Assembly: GCF_015706575.1 (NCBI RefSeq)
Contig: NW_024037060.1
Coordinates: forward strand, 2,728,515-2,792,514
Length of the DNA stretch: 64,000 nt
Origin: Patiria miniata
Lineage: Eukaryota
Direction of reading: 5' to 3'
Positions 37,154-48,678 of this stretch are shown one piece after another; within the stretch, counting starts at the first letter, position 1; each line of letters starts with the position of its first letter. The notes under the pieces are model-generated. The model had not been told where the DNA came from. It ran no database searches and saw nothing but the letters and a program-made list of their open reading frames with translations. A program made the position numbers and the translations under genes.

Positions 37154-40100
37154 GGGTGGGTGAGGCGGGGGTTGATTTAGTAGCACACCCCTGGTCAAAA
37201 AGTGGGGTATACCCCCCACTCCATCCTGCCCCCGGATTTACACCCCTGTCAATATACAACAGCACTGCCCTCTATTACTCCGCCTTATCTTAACGCATAA
37301 AGTCTATACTTTTTAACTAATACCTCGACACGGTGGCTTTCACCAGTTTCTCCACCTTAACGAACTCCGGGTGATCAGGTGCCAGACAGTCCAGGTAGCA
37401 TTGCAATGCACGGTATCTGGACTGACTGGTGCTGCGTTGGGACCAGTCTGTCGCTTCACTCACCGCCACAATATCGTGAATAAGCTAGATACATAATACA
37501 AAATTGCAAATAATAACCACATAATCTCATAGGTGTCAATTCGTTGGTAGTTGTGAAATTTTATACATTTTTTTTTTCACCTAAGAGATTTCAGACATTT
37601 TTGGGGTTCAACGATGCTTTGAGATTAGTTGTTACAATTATTAGGTATTGCGTTTTGCTATAATGCATCGCAATGGTAGAATTATACTGATTCGTCTTGT
37701 AATAAAACACCGACTCATTTTGTGTAATAACCATTTGTCTAAAAAATGATTAGATTAAATCATTACCAGTTTTCATTTTGTGCTTCTCTGCTAAAAAATG
37801 TTTCAAATATCTACCTAACCTTATTCTTTTCTCCTCTGTGTTGTCAATTTTGGATTAGTTATTCGACTTTTTTCTCTTTTTTTTTGCTTTGTGTTTTGTG
37901 TTTTTTTTCAAAATGGCCTAATAGTAGGTTAGGCTCGTGGCTATACTTTAAAAAATAATTTATTAAAAATAAATTATGATATTACCAAATCGACTATTAA
38001 AACAAACATTTTGAAAAGCAAGGTTAATATAAATTATTACACATATTTTTGATCTGCTTCGTATTTGTCCCACCTGGCACAATTCCTGCTTGCCGGCTAG
38101 AGTGCGCTTGTTGTTCACGGGTGCCACGTGGTGTAATTTATGCGGTATCAGTCGGTAGAACTCGTCGTTCAGCTTATCGAGATCCGGTCCGTAGCCGTCG
38201 CAATCAGCGTCTAACATCTTCCTGATCTGGAGTAATATACCCTCCGCCTTTTCCACCTGAAAAGAACCCCCAAAAATATTTAAAATGAAAATAAAATCCT
38301 CATAGGAATTTGAAAATATTATCTAAGAAATACTGCAACAGCATGTAGTTAAAGTGAATCGGCGTACATTGATCATTTTAGTCAGGATTCGACTTTAACT
38401 AGCCACCCAGGTTTATTACAGATTCTGAACTAGCCGGGGCATTTTTGCTAGCCCGCATGTTTTCCTTTTATAGAGTGTCTCATAAACAACAATGTGCATA
38501 CATCTAAAACGTGTTTATGCTGAGGCAACTTTGTCAGTGTTTTTAATAAACAGATAATAGTTTAACCCTGAACAGTTAATATAATTAGAAACTAGTTCAT
38601 GCAGGTTTGCTTTCTGAATTGAATTATTTATTTCTGCTTGTCCTTTCATCTTTGCCGTAGCTCAATAATCTTTGACTCGCCAGCCGGGCTAGTACCTAGT
38701 AAGGAACAGCTTGGCTAGCCCGCCGCTGTTTTGACCGCGGCATTAGCGGGCTACCGCTAAAGTCGAACCCTGTAAAATTTAGCACGTTTTGAGGGTTGTG
38801 CAAAAAATTCAATATCGAAAACTATATTTAGAGTTTCACTATTGCAGCTGTGTCTATTATCCCTAGGTTGACTGCATTTCCTGAATGTCTGGCTATTTCC
38901 GGTTAACGCTGTATCTATTGAAACTGCCCGACACTCATGCATGCCGACACTGTCTCTATCCAGGTAGCGGTATGCATGGTTTTAATTGGGACATCAGAAT
39001 GTCTACGAGTGTGCGAGGCTTGAACAAAAACTTGATAACAAAACTGCGAGATGAACATATTTACGCCACGTGAAATATTTAATAACCCGCAAGTAGCAAG
39101 GAAATTCTGTGCCGCCTATACGTCTCTCGTACCTGCAACATTTCCAACTGTTCCTATAGTTTTTTACACTCAGACAACAGTATACTCACTGAAGATTACA
39201 TTTTGTGTTGCATGTGCACTGTTACAAGAAGTCTATTCCTGCAAACTCAGGTATATGTTGAAGATTAGCGGATATTTTTTTACAAGAAACTATCAAGAGT
39301 TTTGAGTTTCCATCAGGAGAATATTTGGGTTATTAATGCACAGCAATTTTCACTGGCACTCTCAATGAACGTTAAAGTTATGGGCATCGGGTAATACGAA
39401 ACAAATTCACGACATAATAAATTTCTTTTCAGTTTGTCTGCATTTTCTTCTAAGACATGCCTGAAAGCACAAAGCAGTTGCCTGTACACTGCTTCATGTG
39501 ACATGGCCCTATATTATAAGACCTACTTTTCCAATGCCTATTTTCCGGTAGGGAACTGATAAGATTTCTCGGAGTTCGCCATTCGCTTCCCGCCAGAGAT
39601 ACTCAACAAGCCTCGTCACTTCGTCTGAGATAGCTGGCCCGTCTGTTAGTCCAGTTTCCATCGCTTGCTGAAAGTTTAAAAAAAAAGAGGACATGACCTG
39701 AATCTACATTAGTCTCTTGTATGGCAGTCAAAAAAATCCGTTGGCAAAAAAAAAAGGTTCTAGATTGAAGTTCTTTTCGCTAAAAACCTTCACCTTACTT
39801 TCAGACCTTTTGTAGGTGAAAATGGAAATAAGAGGTTCAAATTGATTACAGGTCAAATCCAAACAACTAAATAGCAGGGATTATAATTGAAGCCGGGATT
39901 ATGGATCACAGGCCTCTTTTTCTGTTTTATTTTACAAAACATCAAGTGTTCCCCCCCTTTTTAGAGGCCACCACTGCGTATAAAAACGTTTGTATAGTCG
40001 GTAACGAATTTTGCAGTTACTCCACAATTCAGATTTTAGTAGTCGTCCGTTCACTATTCCGCGTATGTTTTTGTGTGCTTCTTTTGTCCTTTTTGCGACA

Positions 40101-41590
40101 ATGGCTCCATATTTTGCCTGAGATAATACAGCCTTGACGAAGCCGAAGAAAAGTCAATGCCCGAACGAAATCCTATTGCGAGTAGCTATATAGGTCACGC
40201 GCGTGATAACTTCCCCTGTGAGACATCCAGGCTAGGTACAAGAATTACCTTCCGGTAGACTGGGGAGCCTATCCATCGGGACAGGAACTTCTTGGTCTTG
40301 TGAAAGTCGGAGAAACTGGAGTAGATCTTGGCGTAGATACGAAGGGCTTCTTCGCAAGACGATGCGTAGTGACATTCCTTACTCCCATAGGTTTCATCCT
40401 GACGGAAAGACGTGTTGAACGCAGTGTTTTTTTGTTAACGTTGTTGTTGTTGTTTTTAAACTTTTTGGGAAGGTGGTCAATTTAGTTCAACAAATGCATA
40501 AAGACTTTTGGCGAAAATTATTAAACTTTTCCTTCAAATTCATTTGATAGTATGTATTTCCAATACATTAGACAAAAGTTGCATCTCAGGAGGCAAAAAA
40601 TTACTTCCAATGCATTAATTACTAAATATTAATTACTTAAATTTACTTCAATGAACAGCTTGTTAATATATAATCAGAAGAGTTATTACAATAAAAACTG
40701 CCGACAAAATTGAATTTATACATTGATTATAAAGATAAAAATTACTTACAATTTTGCTGATGATTTGACAAAGGAGGATTTGACGAAGAAATTATCATAA
40801 ATGGGAACTACTTTGATTTGGGAAACTTTTACCCGACTGTACTTTTCCGCATGAGATATTATGAACACCCACACAAATCTCATACAATAATAAAACGTCA
40901 GTAAGCAACACGGGTTTAGTGTTTATTGCTTTAACCTTGCAGTCGTTCAAGGAAGTTTAACAACATGAGAGGCCTTGACATGTATCATGAGATATGACAA
41001 GTGAGGCACGTGCAAATGGGAAAGGACGGACAGTGCGCATGTTAAACAAATAGTGGTTTAAATCTCCTACCTGCATTTCCAACAAGCGACCGGTGTGTGT
41101 AAACACGCGGCACGGGTATTCGGTCGGTGTTTGCCCGTCCGACTCGGTTTCGTTGTCGGTAGAGACAACGTGGAGCTCCAGAAGACGAAACTCCGCATCC
41201 TCACCCGGCTGGGGTTGGGGCGGGTCCTAGAAAGCCACAAGAGGGGAAGGGGAAACAAAGTGACCATCGTCCACCTTTTTTTCTCTTCTGGAAGGTTACC
41301 AAGAGTTCCAGGAATGTGTATTTGAATTTTGTGTAAAATAATTGCTTAAAATTCTGATTTTTTCTTTAGAAAAAGCTTGGTTTTTCGAAGACAGCTTTTT
41401 TTTTCACAAAAAAGCCCACAATAGGTACCAAAATGGAAAAAAAAAAATCAAATCCGATTAGTTTAAACCTCACGGGATGCAACTCTATATGTATCTATCA
41501 TAACGTTTACCTGAAAGAGGGCGCTTTTAGCTACATCATAATGGTCTTCTGGGAAACTGGGTGCAGCTGGATCGCCCCACTTCCAAACTC
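22178..41590 (-). CDS. PARP4: Vault poly(ADP-ribose) polymerase PARP4 orthologue, with at least 25 exons. Approximate coding exons on the minus strand: 41513..41590; 41090..41230; 40260..40400; 39509..39694; 38040..38260 (PARP regulatory domain, …KAEGILLQIRKML…DEFYRLIPHK); 37325..37490; 36400..36545 (LLFHASRPANFLGILS); 34920..35060 (GSGIYFGD); 34560..34810 (VALGNIKDLYWFDLSLNEAPKGYHSTHGVSRTG); 33700..33930 (DDEFVVYEANQQCIRYLVEFVLPGDEEI); 33000..33140; 32270..32510 (VIT: AKYVFPVDEAAAVCGFEAFINNKHVVGVVKEKEAAHQEYRKAVEEGHGAYLMDEEAP); 31903..32112 (FSVSVGNLPAHSDVLIKVTYVTEL…APWKRQ); 31530..31615; 31140..31270; 30334..30600 (VWA: MLVFYPDIDV…VLVLDSSNSMKGE…FNVIFFGTG); 29870..30130; 29470..29580; 28850..29100; 28310..28395; 27601..27912 (LHQLAARAVIRNWEEGALH…FTSFIAVEERDE); 27365..27490; 26709..26890; 26095..26213; 22989..24362 (giant proline-rich exon); 22800..22940 (DGHWEFQSELEEILGIN); 22178..22438 (C-terminus + stop).
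   Basis: Compared with the human PARP4 protein sequence as I recall it, the exon translations give long collinear matches. Examples: human AKYIFPLDDKAAVCGFEAFINGKHIVGEIKEKEEAQQEYLEAVTQGHGAYLMSQDAP; FTVSVGNLPPKAKVLIKITYITELS; DDEFVVYKTNQVKMKYIIKFSMPGDQI; MLVFQPDLDV…; IHKLAARALIRDYEDGILH…FTSFVAVEKRDE; TANRHVL…FEYFNAKSK; DGFWKLTPELGLIL. The domain order PARP-regulatory, PARP-catalytic, VIT, VWA, long C-terminal tail is specific to PARP4. Catalytic H (LLFHASR), Y (GIYFGD) and E (DDEFVVYE) are all present. Exon borders are approximate, and the 5' coding exons upstream of 41590 were not resolved. Confidence 0.9.
25987..26070. repeat. Palindromic cluster of GGTAAG/CGTAAG motifs (ttaaggtaaatcttaccttaaggtaagttaacttaccgtaaacttacggtaaatcttacc), directly downstream of the donor of the PARP4 exon 26095..26213.
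   Basis: Seen in sequence. On the minus (transcribed) strand it gives 4-5 consecutive consensus 5' splice sites within about 70 nt. Confidence 0.8.
37096..37162. repeat. (GT)14 microsatellite followed by a G24-type homopolymer tract, in a PARP4 intron.
   Basis: gtgtgtgtgtgtgtgtgtgtgtgtgtgggggggggggggggggggtgggtgagg. Confidence 0.95.
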
Positions 41591-44422
41591 TAAAATCACA
41601 ATTAATTAAATCACATTAGCTCAGATCAAAAAAACTGATCCCTTTGCGAAATGTTTAAACCAGCGCAACGATTACACGTCATACGAACTCGCCCAATAGA
41701 TCAATGTTCCAATTGGAATCAAAAGCTAAAAGTATACAATAGACAATGAAGAAAACCTTTATACCGTAAACCGAACAACCAGTTATAGGCTATATCAACT
41801 CAATCCCTGGCCTCACCTAAATGACAAATTTCATTTAGTCTCGACTCCACTCATTTAGACCATTCTTCTCCATGTTTAGACTATAACTACAAGTCCGACA
41901 ACCACCTCTGCATTCAAGCCAACTTACTCAACTCTACCAAACTCTACTCACTTGAACTTGACGTACTCAACGTGTTCGAAAAGTAAAACTCACCGAGTAG
42001 TTGATTCACCCATGGTGTTCGTGTTATGCACACGGGATTTATGATAATCGTGCACTCGTAGACTTTACTGAAAGGTCAATCAGCACACATCCTATACTCC
42101 AGTCTGCTATTCACTGCATGCATCGTGCTGTTTTACATCAAAAGGAAATATGTTTGTCAATGGTATTTCCTCATACAGTTAAGGTCAGGTGGAACCTGAG
42201 TACGCCTACAGTATTTGATGCGCAACCATTCACTGTCTGCTATAAGCATTTCGAGGTGGTGTTGTATTAGGCTACCAGGTAATTCTTACAGGACCAACTC
42301 CAACGTGTAGACATAACGATAAAGTACTAGGTCATGTACCTGTACTTCAGATTTGGCCTTTGAGATCCGTGGAGCGGAAAGTATGCATATTCATAGCATA
42401 CCCAGGCGCACTGACAATGCGTCAACCAAGTACCAGCAAAAGGAAAACCTCAGAAATGAATCAATCGTATCTTGGCTCGAAATTCGGTGACGACCAGACT
42501 ATGACTAGACCTTGTTTCCGAGGGAAGTGCGTTCACGGGAAAACCTCCAAGGCTATAGGCAAAACACGTCCCCTTTACATGTGTACAGGCACACAAAATA
42601 AGCCAAGGTTAAATTCAATAATTAGATTACCATAACACTTCGAGCTTTTCATACTAGGCTATCTTATTAGTTTCTTGCTCTGACTTTAACCTTGTGACAG
42701 AAATGTAGCCTGTACCTTAAGTCTCGGAATATATACATTATATATCTTTAATTTGCAATATCTGGCCGTTTGGCAAGTATAGTTTTAGCTTCCCACTATA
42801 TGGATGCATATGAAGCACGTACAACTATTATGACTCGACATGTATGGTTGTGAATCACGGGGCCAACCTTTTTTATTGTAAAAAATACTTGAGGCGTATA
42901 TCTTTTATGCCCGTTACAGTTGGGTGACACTGGAACCCAGATTTGTGGCTTTTGTCGGAGAAGAGGTATGGTCTATGCCAACTTTTTGTGTAACTACAAG
43001 TCTACTCAATTGTTTCCATTTTCAGTGCAGTGAATCTGATTGACTCAATCGGACATTGTCCAATAACAATATCTGAAAATCTTCTATCAAGATTACTTAA
43101 TTCTTTTCAGGGCAAATATGCATTGAATAAAATGGTTAGTCAGTGTAAAGATCAATGAACTTTAGACTCACGTGGGCATTTGTGAGCCTGCTCCCCTTAA
43201 TTACTTGTATCCAAGCAGCCCCCAACCACCATGACTCGCTCTCTTTTTTTCTTCTGCAGCAATTACTGCTCATTTTCATCAGATAAGAATGAGAGCATCT
43301 CACTTATTTTCTTCCAACAAAGTTAAACATTTGCCTCCTTTGAAATCGTTGTTCATCTGTGCACTGTAACAGTTCTTGCATTGCCCCTGCCCCAACATTA
43401 CGCGGCATTTTGTCTCGTTGTTTTAGAAGCTGTTATCGTCGTGATGCATCCGCAAGAACCTGTCTTTTGTTGAGTGGTGGACAAACAACAGGAGATGAAA
43501 TCTATGATGATTTTTTATTGGTGTTATCACAAACCGTCAGACATCTAGGACTCTGCACGTCCGGTTTACTTATTGAAGATACAAATCAACTTTGTCGAGT
43601 CGGTACATCGGTCCTTTTCAATTGAAATTCAGTCACGATTCCCGATGAATTTAGAGTTATATCCCAACTTTGTCTCGAGTCAATAATTATGGCTCCTCAG
43701 GTCAACATTTCTCTCCTTTTTTTGTATCAAACGGCTATGAGTGTGTTCCTTTTCTTCGCGAATTCCATCTGAGATTATTTCCTATAAAATATGATGAGTA
43801 AACGGAGGCATGTTTAGATTGTAATACCTAATGAGTTTATTCAGCACGTTTAGACGCGAATGTCATGAGATATTATTATGTGCCACAATTACTGCTTTTG
43901 TTAAGCCAAAAAAAAACTTTTGTGAAAGGTGTTAAAACGAGAAGTGAAAAACATTTGCCAAAGAAGAGTACACTGTTGCAATTAGTCCTCAGGAGAGCAA
44001 TTTCGAAATCCATCATGATCAATCGCGTCAATTGGAGCACATATGGGATCCCTTTGTCAACATTATTATCTGATGCTCGGTTACATTCCAAATCAATAAC
44101 TATATGTTGACATTTCTATATGAAAGGCTCGTGACGTCCGCAAATATGACGAAGCAGGGTCTCCACATTCGGCGCGTGCTGTGAGCGAGCATTCTTCCAA
44201 ATCAAGCTTCAACCGGTAGGTCTTTGATGAGCGGGGAACAAACAAACTGGAGGAACCGGCTGTCATGGCAACGACATGAAGCGGGAGTGATGTAACATTT
44301 CCGATTGTACACACTAAAGCCGACTCGCCTTTTCGTATTGACCGTAGCCTAAAGTCTGTCACCAATATATCACTTGCTCGTAATGAATGTCGCCGTATGT
44401 CACGTCAACATTGACATTTCAG

Positions 44423-44659
44423 TCAAAACTGCTTGCCGGGAATGTTGTAAATGAGGTACAGCTTCAATTGGCTATTACCGACTACAATTTCGAACTGAGA
44501 CCAATTTTCATTGGCCAGGAAAGCACATAATGTTTGCTTAGTACGGGACATAATATCATGCGTAACTACATTCAGGTTGCCGGCCAATTTGCATGTTTCT
44601 GCCGAGCAGTTCATAACACTTTGTCTTGGTGTCAAAACCTTGGTGATGCGCAAAGACAT
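44423..44659 (-). CDS. PARP4: Candidate first coding exon of PARP4 (BRCT-like N-terminus). The ORF starts MSLRITKVLTPRQSVMNCSAETCKLAGNLNVVTHDIMSRTKQ…; the exon presumably ends at an unidentified donor before the in-frame stop.
   Basis: There is weak similarity to the human PARP4 N-terminus (…KVKYLPQQQKKKLQTDIKENGGKFSFSLNPQCTHIILDN…), a TH.I motif, the expected position 5' of the 41513..41590 exon, and an ATG preceded by a CRE-like TGACGTCA promoter element. These are speculative; at least one intervening exon (the region corresponding to human …LSQYQLNSIQKNHVHIANPDF) was not found. Confidence 0.3.
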   Translation of the reverse strand: MSLRITKVLTPRQSVMNCSAETCKLAGNLNVVTHDIMSRTKQTLCAFLANENWSQFEIVVGNSQLKLYLIYNIPGKQF

Positions 44660-44663
44660 CCGA

Positions 44664-44679
44664 GTGTGACGTCATGATT
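44664..44679. promoter_or_regulatory. CRE-like palindrome TGACGTCA at 44668..44675, in the roughly 740-bp divergent region between the putative PARP4 5' exon (minus strand) and GPCR-1 (plus strand).
   Basis: An exact 8-bp cAMP-response-element consensus. Its position suggests a bidirectional promoter. Not tested. Confidence 0.3.
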
Positions 44680-45398
44680 GTGTCATGGTGTGTGGGAATT
44701 GGTTCATTGCTATAGGAGTACCGCGTGCGTTTGCATTTTTATCCTTTTTTTTTTAAACTTCCGTGCAGCAAGCTGAATTGTTTGAACGTAATCTAGACGG
44801 TTGATAGAGTTACCTGACGAAATAGCGGACTTTGACTTATTGGATCGATATCTTAGGCAGGTAGGGACCGGCCGATTCGCGCCGAAGCTAAACCTCATCT
44901 TTGGTGCAAGTCTGCCGCGGTGCTGCAAACATCACGTGATGCGGCACTTCATTAGCTGGATGGAAACAGTCCATCAATATTGGGATATGCTTGAATTTGA
45001 TAACGAAGCTGTGGTTAGGGCGATCTTTGTGTTTTGGATGATGAGAATAAAAAAAGGCCACAAGGAAGCAACATTTGCGTGTAAAGTGGTCTTCTTCAAC
45101 CGAACTTGTTTTTGGTTGAATGGAGAAACTTGTGACTGAAGACGGATTCGAACGTGCGCCTCCGAAACACGGTAGCAGCTCCACACCAACTCGGCCAGTC
45201 GATCAAAATAAAATAGGCACATCGTCAGCCTATAATTATAGACTTCCAGAACCTCTCTATTATTTCATTCGATGTCGGATGTCCATTAAACAGGTCAAAC
45301 TGATGGATGCGTTCTTTTAAAACTCTACCTATTCTGAAAAGCCGAAAATAGACTCGTTGTTATTGGATTGAAGATATCACGGAAAACTCCTTAAGACA

Positions 45399-46445
45399 AT
45401 GACGAATTGCAATGCTTCATCTTGCCTGATTTTCGGCACTGCTAACTCTTCTATCGACGAATCTCCTCCATTCCTGGATGATGAGCGTCATATAATAGTC
45501 ATTGTTGCCCAGACGTCCACGATGGTTATCATTCTTCTCCTCAGCGTGGTCGGTAACAGCCTGGTCCTGACTGCGATCTACCGGGACATCAAGCTACGCA
45601 ACACCGCCTCAGTCTACGTGGCCAACTTGGCCACTGCCGACCTCCTCAACGGGTTACTAACCATGCCTCTCATCGTAGCCTGCAGTGTCTTGGGGGAATG
45701 GCCCTTCGGTCCGGCACTCTGTTCCCTCAGCGGGGCTCTGACGACCCTCTTCTGCAGTGTGAGTGTCTTTACCCTGGGAACGATAGCCGTGGACCGCTAC
45801 ATCGCCATCGTGCATCCGCTACGCTACAGCACGCTCATGACGCGCCGTAAAATCGTGGCGTCCATCTGCGTTACGTGGCTCCAAGCTGTCATCCTATCCG
45901 CCTTGCCCATGCTGGGATGGTCCAGCTACCTGTACATCGACAAGGAGTATCTCTGCACGGCCGATTGGGGAGGGGTGCTCTCCTACACCCTGACGGCCTT
46001 CGCTATAGATTTGGGATTTCCTCTGACCACCATGTTCTTCTGCTACTACCACATTCTCAAATCGGCGCGCAAGCAGTCGCGGCAAGTGGCCGCGCTTCGA
46101 GTAGGCCTGAACCACGACGCACAGAACCGTAGCTCGCCTCAGAGAGGCACCAGCCAACAGCCTTCGAAACGGGCGAAGTCAGACATGAAAGCCGCTATGA
46201 CACTTCTCGCCGTCATAGGAACGTTCCTGCTCTGTTGGCTGCCACATGTTGTGACGATGGTCTGTCTCGGTAGACCGTACAATTGTAACATCCCCGACGC
46301 ATTGTTCGTCATCTCGACATGGCTAGCCATTGGTAACTCGGCCTGCAACCCCGTGATTTATGGCATACTGAACAGACAGTTCAGGCAGGCATTTCGTGAA
46401 ATCCTATGTGGTTGGAAGGCTAGCAGAAGAATGTTCTTTCGGTGA
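45399..46445 (+). CDS. Intronless class-A (rhodopsin-like) G-protein-coupled receptor, 348 aa, orphan. It has a short ICL3 and an N-glycosylation sequon at the N-terminus (NAS, NSS).
   Basis: Single uninterrupted ORF with seven hydrophobic segments. TM2 has LATADLL, the end of TM3 has the DRY motif (AVDRYIAIVHPLRY), TM6 has CWLP (FLLCWLPHVV), and TM7 has NPxxY (NPVIYGILNRQFRQAFREILC) followed by a helix-8-like basic stretch. No Lys in TM7, so it is not an opsin. No Asp at the expected amine-binding position in TM3, so it is probably not a biogenic-amine receptor. Confidence 0.85.
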   Translation: MTNCNASSCLIFGTANSSIDESPPFLDDERHIIVIVAQTSTMVIILLLSVVGNSLVLTAIYRDIKLRNTASVYVANLATADLLNGLLTMPLIVACSVLGEWPFGPALCSLSGALTTLFCSVSVFTLGTIAVDRYIAIVHPLRYSTLMTRRKIVASICVTWLQAVILSALPMLGWSSYLYIDKEYLCTADWGGVLSYTLTAFAIDLGFPLTTMFFCYYHILKSARKQSRQVAALRVGLNHDAQNRSSPQRGTSQQPSKRAKSDMKAAMTLLAVIGTFLLCWLPHVVTMVCLGRPYNCNIPDALFVISTWLAIGNSACNPVIYGILNRQFRQAFREILCGWKASRRMFFR

Positions 46446-47457
46446 AAAAAATGTCTTCAAACAGATGTCCAGATGTCCGGTAAAAAAAATTGTTCATGCT
46501 CACCTTATTCTCAATGTTACAAAAAATATGGAATATAATATCTATAACGAAAATCCTTGCATCGAACTATATGATCAGTCTTTTTCATTCAGAAAAATAG
46601 TAAAGGTAGATGATGAAATAATTAACTTATTAAAATGGACGCATTGTACTGCCGCCAAAACAAACAATACAAACTTAAAAAGCTAATAATGGCGATATAT
46701 GACGATCTAAATTGTACCCTAATTCTAATGTTCGTTTGGGTGTGTGTGTCAGCAAGTACACACGATCAAAAATCGGTGTCAATATGAAAGATGACATATC
46801 GTGTCCATTTTCAAAAGAAATATATCGTTTCAATGAAAGGTGAGCAGTTACATTTGCCTCAGTTACGACGCATAATATGTTGAATTCGGGAAACGAATTG
46901 GGTCAGTATTCTCGATGGCTTTGACTTGCGAGCATGGCAACACGTTTCGGGGTCCCACTTATTAAATTTGTCGGTTGGTGAGGACCTTTGATTATAGTCG
47001 TATCCCAAGTCAAACGATGTCCGTAATTTAATTCTTGGGAACGGAGTCATGCAGACAACCAATCGGACAGAAAACACAGACCGGGGTGGGTGTCTGATTA
47101 AGCGGGCTTTGGTAACTGCATGCTCATTTCGTAGTTGACACCCTTACAGCTCCTCCATGTAAGCCGAGGAGTTACCGAGCTTTACACGGGATAGGCCTAT
47201 CGGTGAATGCTGGATGGACTACCTAGCTCAACCTTGGACACAACACCGTTCAAAAGCTAAGATATTGTGTTAAAACAAGGTTGGATTTTATAACAGTATG
47301 TAAATTTCTTCGGGTTGTCATCAGTGGTTTTCCGTTACTGTATTGACCAGCCGTATCGACTAGGAAGGAGTGCACTATCTGGCTTGTCTAAGATAAGGCG
47401 TTGGGACATCGTCTTCAAGTTTTGAAAGTTGACAGTACCTGTGTGATCCGTACCACA

Positions 47458-48678
47458 ATGTCGCAGCTTGGCTCCTCTAACATCACTCTCCTTGTACCAG
47501 GCGGGACGGACACCGGCATAGCTGCCGCGATTGTCGCCTACTCCACCTTCATCCTGGTCCTCGGCGTGCCAGGGAACAGCCTCATCCTCCGCGTTTACTG
47601 GAGCAAGCGACACAAATCCAGCACTCATATTCTCATCATGGCACTCGCCGCGACTGACCTGCTTGTCTGCTTGCTTCGTCCGTACGAGATCACGCGGTTC
47701 ACCCTGGCTCTTGCCGGGGTTAGCGTACCGGAGGGACTTGACGATCGCTGGAACTGCTTCGAGAACATGTGCGTTGGAACCTCGGGGTTCATAACGGCCG
47801 TGATCGCAGTGGATCGCTACGACTGCGTGTGCCGTCCGCACAGACGCCTTCTAACCAAAGGCCGGATTAAAGTAGCCCTGCTAGCGGCCGTCGCTTCTGC
47901 AGTTGCCGCAAATGTTCCGCTTTGCGTTCAAGTGGTAATGGGGCCCGAGGCACCGGCCTCCTTGTATATAATCGTGACCGCTTTCCAAATGGGTGGTTTC
48001 GTTCCTGCGCTTGCCTTGATATTCGTTTGCTACGCAAAGGTACTCCTGAGAATACGTAAGCATGTCCGAGTCGGTACGAGGTCTCTAGGACGTGCGTTAG
48101 GCATGCGACATCAAACTGACGCGGCGAGATCTACGACAATTGCGACGGTGTCAGCACACGTGGGATCGCGGCACTGCAACAACCACACGTCATGTAGCGA
48201 CTTGGGGTCAGTTTGCAACAATAGCCTGAAAACTCCAGATGACTTTCTGAAGAGCATCGTCTCCCAATGGTCCTCCTCTTCAAAACTCAGTACGGAGAAT
48301 AAAAATCGGTACCCAGACTTAGGAAATTCTCCCCATTCTTCGACCCAGACAACGACAAATGACCGCAGCGCACGCAGCGCGACGTCGTCCACACGGCCAC
48401 CTAGGGTGCCAACCTCCGAACGCAGGCAAGCGTCTTCAATGGCGTTTCAACGCAAAACCACCACAATGCTCTTCGTTGTAACGCTAGTGTTTGTTATATT
48501 GTGGATTCCGTATTGGATCGCTCTAGTGTTTGATATCGTGGGTGCCGACAGGCCGTTCGTTCTTAACGCGTTCGTGTTCGCCCTGTATCTGAATAGCGCC
48601 ATTAATCCCGTCATCTACGGTCTGGCAAATAGACGGTTCCGGAAAGACTGCAAAGCTATCCTCTGTAGAATGAGATAA
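47458..48678 (+). CDS. Intronless class-A GPCR, about 406 aa from the ATG at 47458 (the ORF is open from 47401). It is a paralogue of the upstream GPCR with a long (~150 aa) Ser/Thr/Arg-rich third intracellular loop.
   Basis: TM2 has LAATDLL, TM3 has AVDRYDCVCRPHRR (DRY), TM6 has ILWIPYW, and TM7 has NPVIYGLANRRFRKDCKAILC. The C-terminal motif is nearly identical to the upstream receptor's NPVIYGILNRQFRQAFREILC. The N-terminal NIT sequon and hydrophobic TM1 follow MSQLGSSNITLL. Both are in the same orientation and about 1 kb apart, so they are tandem duplicates. Confidence 0.8.
   Translation: MSQLGSSNITLLVPGGTDTGIAAAIVAYSTFILVLGVPGNSLILRVYWSKRHKSSTHILIMALAATDLLVCLLRPYEITRFTLALAGVSVPEGLDDRWNCFENMCVGTSGFITAVIAVDRYDCVCRPHRRLLTKGRIKVALLAAVASAVAANVPLCVQVVMGPEAPASLYIIVTAFQMGGFVPALALIFVCYAKVLLRIRKHVRVGTRSLGRALGMRHQTDAARSTTIATVSAHVGSRHCNNHTSCSDLGSVCNNSLKTPDDFLKSIVSQWSSSSKLSTENKNRYPDLGNSPHSSTQTTTNDRSARSATSSTRPPRVPTSERRQASSMAFQRKTTTMLFVVTLVFVILWIPYWIALVFDIVGADRPFVLNAFVFALYLNSAINPVIYGLANRRFRKDCKAILCRMR

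Noticed and set aside
47335-47841. 168-aa minus-strand ORF, and other ORFs such as 47531..47794, 45875..46132 and 45894..46157, overlapping the GPCR genes
   Set aside because: These are antisense or alternative-frame ORFs inside GC-rich intronless GPCR coding sequence. They have no motifs, and the GPCR frames have full 7TM signatures.
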